From a virus (taxonomy: Duplodnaviria > Caudoviricetes): a DNA stretch of 29,738 bases. The position numbers and the translations under genes are program-made. The DNA is taken from the IMG/VR virus record IMGVR_UViG_3300035135_003029, positions 1-29,738 of that record; one strand, 5' to 3'. Positions 27,419 to 29,738 of the stretch are shown in pieces (positions within the stretch are counted from its first letter, which is position 1; every line of letters begins with the position of its first letter). The notes under the pieces are model-generated. The model was not told where the DNA came from. It did not search any database and saw only the letters and a program-made list of their open reading frames with translations.

Positions 27419-27485
27419 TAAGTTGTTGATAGTCAGGCATTTATGCCGGCGCGCGCCGCCTAACCCCTTGGTAGTCAACGACTTA
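27419..27485. repeat. 67-bp double-palindrome element, copy 8
   Basis: TAAGTTGTTGATAGTCAGGCATTTA-TGCCGGCGCGCGCCGCC-TAACCCCTTGGTAGTCAACGACTTA. Confidence 0.93.
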
Positions 27486-27727
27486 CGAAAGTTTTTTCAA
27501 TTTAATTTGAAATAATTTTAATTTAATTTAATTTAAGTGTCAGGTATCATATTTGTATTGTATTTGATTGTTATTTAATTGATATCTAGTCCTTAAGGTA
27601 TTCTTTAGCTAATATAGTAAAAAAGGATAAGGTCCCTAGAATGAGTATTGATTCTATTGCCATGTATATTCATGATAGTAATTATAGTATATGTGGGGAT
27701 CTAGAAGTAGACCCACCGGGTTTTCGG

Positions 27728-28018
27728 TTAAGCTCTTAAGCCTTCAATTGCTTGCTTAACAGCAAATGGAACGAAAGGCGAAGTTGCCATTCCATCTAAT
27801 GTTCTTGCTGGAATCGATACATCACGAACATAGTCGCCCGTTTCCTCGACATATTCCATTCTAGCTTTAGTGTCGCAGGCTTGAGCTATATATCTGTCGC
27901 GCCCGCATCTAATAAGAAGGGGGAGGTTGGGCATCTCAACTTCTAATGAATCGAGATCTTGCGCTGTAACGAAACCAAATTGTTGTTTGGAGAGAACTTT
28001 TAATAATGTGTTAATCAT
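27728..28018 (-). CDS. Hypothetical protein
   Basis: Likely start MINTLL at 28018 (TTGACA-17-TATTGT-6-ATG). Confidence 0.7.
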   Translation of the reverse strand: MINTLLKVLSKQQFGFVTAQDLDSLEVEMPNLPLLIRCGRDRYIAQACDTKARMEYVEETGDYVRDVSIPARTLDGMATSPFVPFAVKQAIEGLRA

Positions 28019-28055
28019 AAAAATACAATAATGGATCATGCGTGGTTTGTCAAAT

Positions 28056-28092
28056 AAAAAAACCCCGACCTAGCAGAGGCACTAGATCGGGG
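28056..28092 (-). terminator. Rho-independent terminator closing the candidate ncRNA
   Basis: Minus strand CCCCGATCTAG-TGCCTCTG-CTAGGTCGGGG-TTTTTTT. Confidence 0.85.
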
Positions 28093-28432
28093 CTGAACGA
28101 TTGGCGAGAAAATAGATGTGGGGAGGGACTACTGAATACCCTCAACTTTCGGCGTGAACATCAGTTCATTGGTTAACCTACTCGAACTACACTTGGATTG
28201 GGTCATCCTACCTCAGACATTTGTCCATCGGCACTCCACCACAGAGAAGCATATACCTTACCCCGCACACGAAGGGGTATTCGGTCACCCACAGGAAGGA
28301 TTATAAGCCCTTCCAAAGTTTATAGAGCAAGTCGGCGCCCGATACTCAGTTGCCAACTTATTTGCTCCAAATTAAAATGTTAAAGATCAATTTTATTTTA
28401 TTTAATTGAGTTTGGTTCTCAATTTTGATTAT
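28056..28432 (-). ncRNA. Candidate structured non-coding RNA (family unknown)
   Basis: Consensus promoter, leader hairpin, boxA-like TGATCTTTAACA, several GC-rich hairpins, no minus-strand ORF >=60 aa, terminator. Confidence 0.65.
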
Positions 28433-28438
28433 TTATAT

Positions 28439-28467
28439 ATTATACTATTTATCTTCTGAATTGTCAA
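28439..28467 (-). promoter_or_regulatory. Perfect consensus sigma70 promoter
   Basis: TTGACA-attcagaagataaatag(17)-TATAAT on the minus strand. Confidence 0.85.
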
Positions 28468-28750
28468 GTAAAACTTTAATTCTTTCGTAAATATCTTCTA
28501 CATTGAATTCGTGATAATAATCTACATTGTCTTCTCTGAAATATACTTGATACAACTCATCATCACCTTCAACCTTGATTCTTGGGGTCACTGGGGCTTT
28601 GGTGTTGTATCTATCTGCATATTCTTCCCTAGTAATCTTCTCTATTTCGTATCCATCATTAATAAGACGATCAACATAGGGTTCAACAATACCACATGGG
28701 GGGCATTTTCCCTTACTCTTATCAAAATATATATAATAACCTTTTTTCAT
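28445..28750 (-). CDS. Thioredoxin/glutaredoxin-like protein
   Basis: CPPC after a beta-strand, later TPRI cis-Pro-like motif. Confidence 0.5.
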   Translation of the reverse strand: MKKGYYIYFDKSKGKCPPCGIVEPYVDRLINDGYEIEKITREEYADRYNTKAPVTPRIKVEGDDELYQVYFREDNVDYYHEFNVEDIYERIKVLLDNSEDK

Positions 28751-28756
28751 GTATAT

Positions 28757-28954
28757 TTATACACATTTTTTGGCTAACCTCAATGCCCTTTGTGCTTGTA
28801 TTTCTTTAAGTCTTTTATCTGCCTCCATTTGTTGTGCGATTATACTATCTTCGACTACTGAGCCGAAGTTGGCAAACTTTGCGCCACGAATGTAGTGACC
28901 ATTCTTGACATTGTTCATAATAGAGGTTGCTTGGGCACATTTAGCGAGATTCAT
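28757..28954 (-). CDS. Hypothetical protein
   Basis: 65 aa; AAAGGAA RBS. Confidence 0.65.
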   Translation of the reverse strand: MNLAKCAQATSIMNNVKNGHYIRGAKFANFGSVVEDSIIAQQMEADKRLKEIQAQRALRLAKKCV

Positions 28955-29075
28955 AACTTTCCTTTCGTTGGTGATTAATAATATAGAACTACTATAAGGG
29001 GGTAATAGAATAAAGTCAACAATTAATTTGAATTTCTTTAATTTAAATCAAATTTAATTTGAATTAAAACATAAA

Positions 29076-29393
29076 TCATTGATTATCAACATCTTCAGTA
29101 GTTTGCCCTGCCTCAGCTAATAGCTTATCTTGTAGCATATCATTAACATAGTATGTGTTGTTGAATATGCCTGTGGCGCGCTTACCTTCGTTGGTAATCT
29201 TATTTAACTCAGACTTGATAGCAGTTATTTCGTTATTTGCGAGTTCCTCGATCTTGTTTGCACTAATCTTCTCTCCTGTTTTCTTATTTACAAGAGAATC
29301 GTTTGCATTTAAATCGGCGCGCATTCTCTTTATTTCAGAACGTATATGTAAAATATCGTCCAACAATCTATTTATGTCTTTTGCAATACTCAT
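29076..29393 (-). CDS. Hypothetical coiled-coil protein
   Basis: Likely ATG 29393, TTGACA 35 nt upstream. Confidence 0.65.
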   Translation of the reverse strand: MSIAKDINRLLDDILHIRSEIKRMRADLNANDSLVNKKTGEKISANKIEELANNEITAIKSELNKITNEGKRATGIFNNTYYVNDMLQDKLLAEAGQTTEDVDNQ

Positions 29394-29476
29394 ACCAATC
29401 ACTATATGTGTTATTTCGCCAATGTCAAATAAAATTTCAATAAATTTATTTCAAAATAATTACATTTAAATTTAAT

Positions 29477-29689
29477 TTAAGTTATTTCGCTATAATTCAT
29501 TTGCAAATCAAATGGTGGAAATAGCAATATCATATTTGGGTGCATGAAGATCGCAGTTCGGGGCGCAACATTATTCTCTATTATCTCTATATCTTCAACC
29601 ATGTACTCTTCTGAGTCCAATAGATTGCTAAAACCCTCATCATTATCCATCCAATACTCTACATACTCGTCATATTGGTTTTGGTTCAT
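29477..29689 (-). CDS. Acidic hypothetical protein
   Basis: 70-aa ORF. Confidence 0.55.
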   Translation of the reverse strand: MNQNQYDEYVEYWMDNDEGFSNLLDSEEYMVEDIEIIENNVAPRTAIFMHPNMILLFPPFDLQMNYSEIT

Positions 29690-29738
29690 CTTATTTAAGT
29701 TTATTTCACTCGAAATTAATTCAAATTTAGTTAAATTA

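Noticed and set aside
18803-27485. CRISPR array interpretation of the 25-bp repeats
   Set aside because: Repeats occur only in pairs separated by a conserved 17-bp core, pairs are ~0.4-2.3 kb apart, and no cas genes are seen
18803-27485. Classical integron attC sites
   Set aside because: No consistent RYYYAAC...GTTRRRY ends, cassettes carry their own promoters and several genes, and no IntI is in the window; only the analogy is retained
28089-28241. tmRNA or tRNA-Ala-like on + strand (GGGGCTG ... CTCCACCA)
   Set aside because: Acceptor stem pairs for only 4 bp, there is no T-arm GTTCRA, and promoter, boxA-like motif and terminator all point to the minus strand
28198-28383. 61-aa + strand ORF in the ncRNA candidate
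   Set aside because: TTG start, no RBS or promoter, and antisense to the evident transcription unit

Overview
A 29.7-kb AT-rich segment of a tailed dsDNA bacteriophage genome (Caudoviricetes, standard genetic code); the host cannot be determined from this window. The left ~17.7 kb is a mostly minus-strand morphogenesis block. It holds the probable major capsid N-terminus, a head protein, protease-scaffold, portal, large terminase, Zn-finger/ERCC4 nuclease, thermonuclease, sigma-like factor, holin-like proteins, a 759-aa Thr-Gln repeat protein, a spanin-like lipoprotein, PhoH, a J-domain-like protein and a GT47-like glycosyltransferase. Many of these genes are preceded by a GTGTA motif. The segment 17.8-27.5 kb is an early-type region of small genes in two convergent arms. 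It is punctuated by eight copies of a 67-bp element (25-bp palindrome, 17-bp GC core, 25-bp palindrome); five copies lie 29-30 bp upstream of a sigma70-like -35 box and three are preceded by a terminator-like hairpin. Sixteen genes in 17.8-29.4 kb have their ATG exactly 35 nt from a -35 box, which suggests leaderless mRNAs. At 28.06-28.47 kb a consensus promoter, hairpin, boxA-like motif, ~300-nt structured non-coding sequence and terminator define a candidate phage ncRNA gene. Protein calls come from recognising motifs and gene order by eye; no database searches were run.
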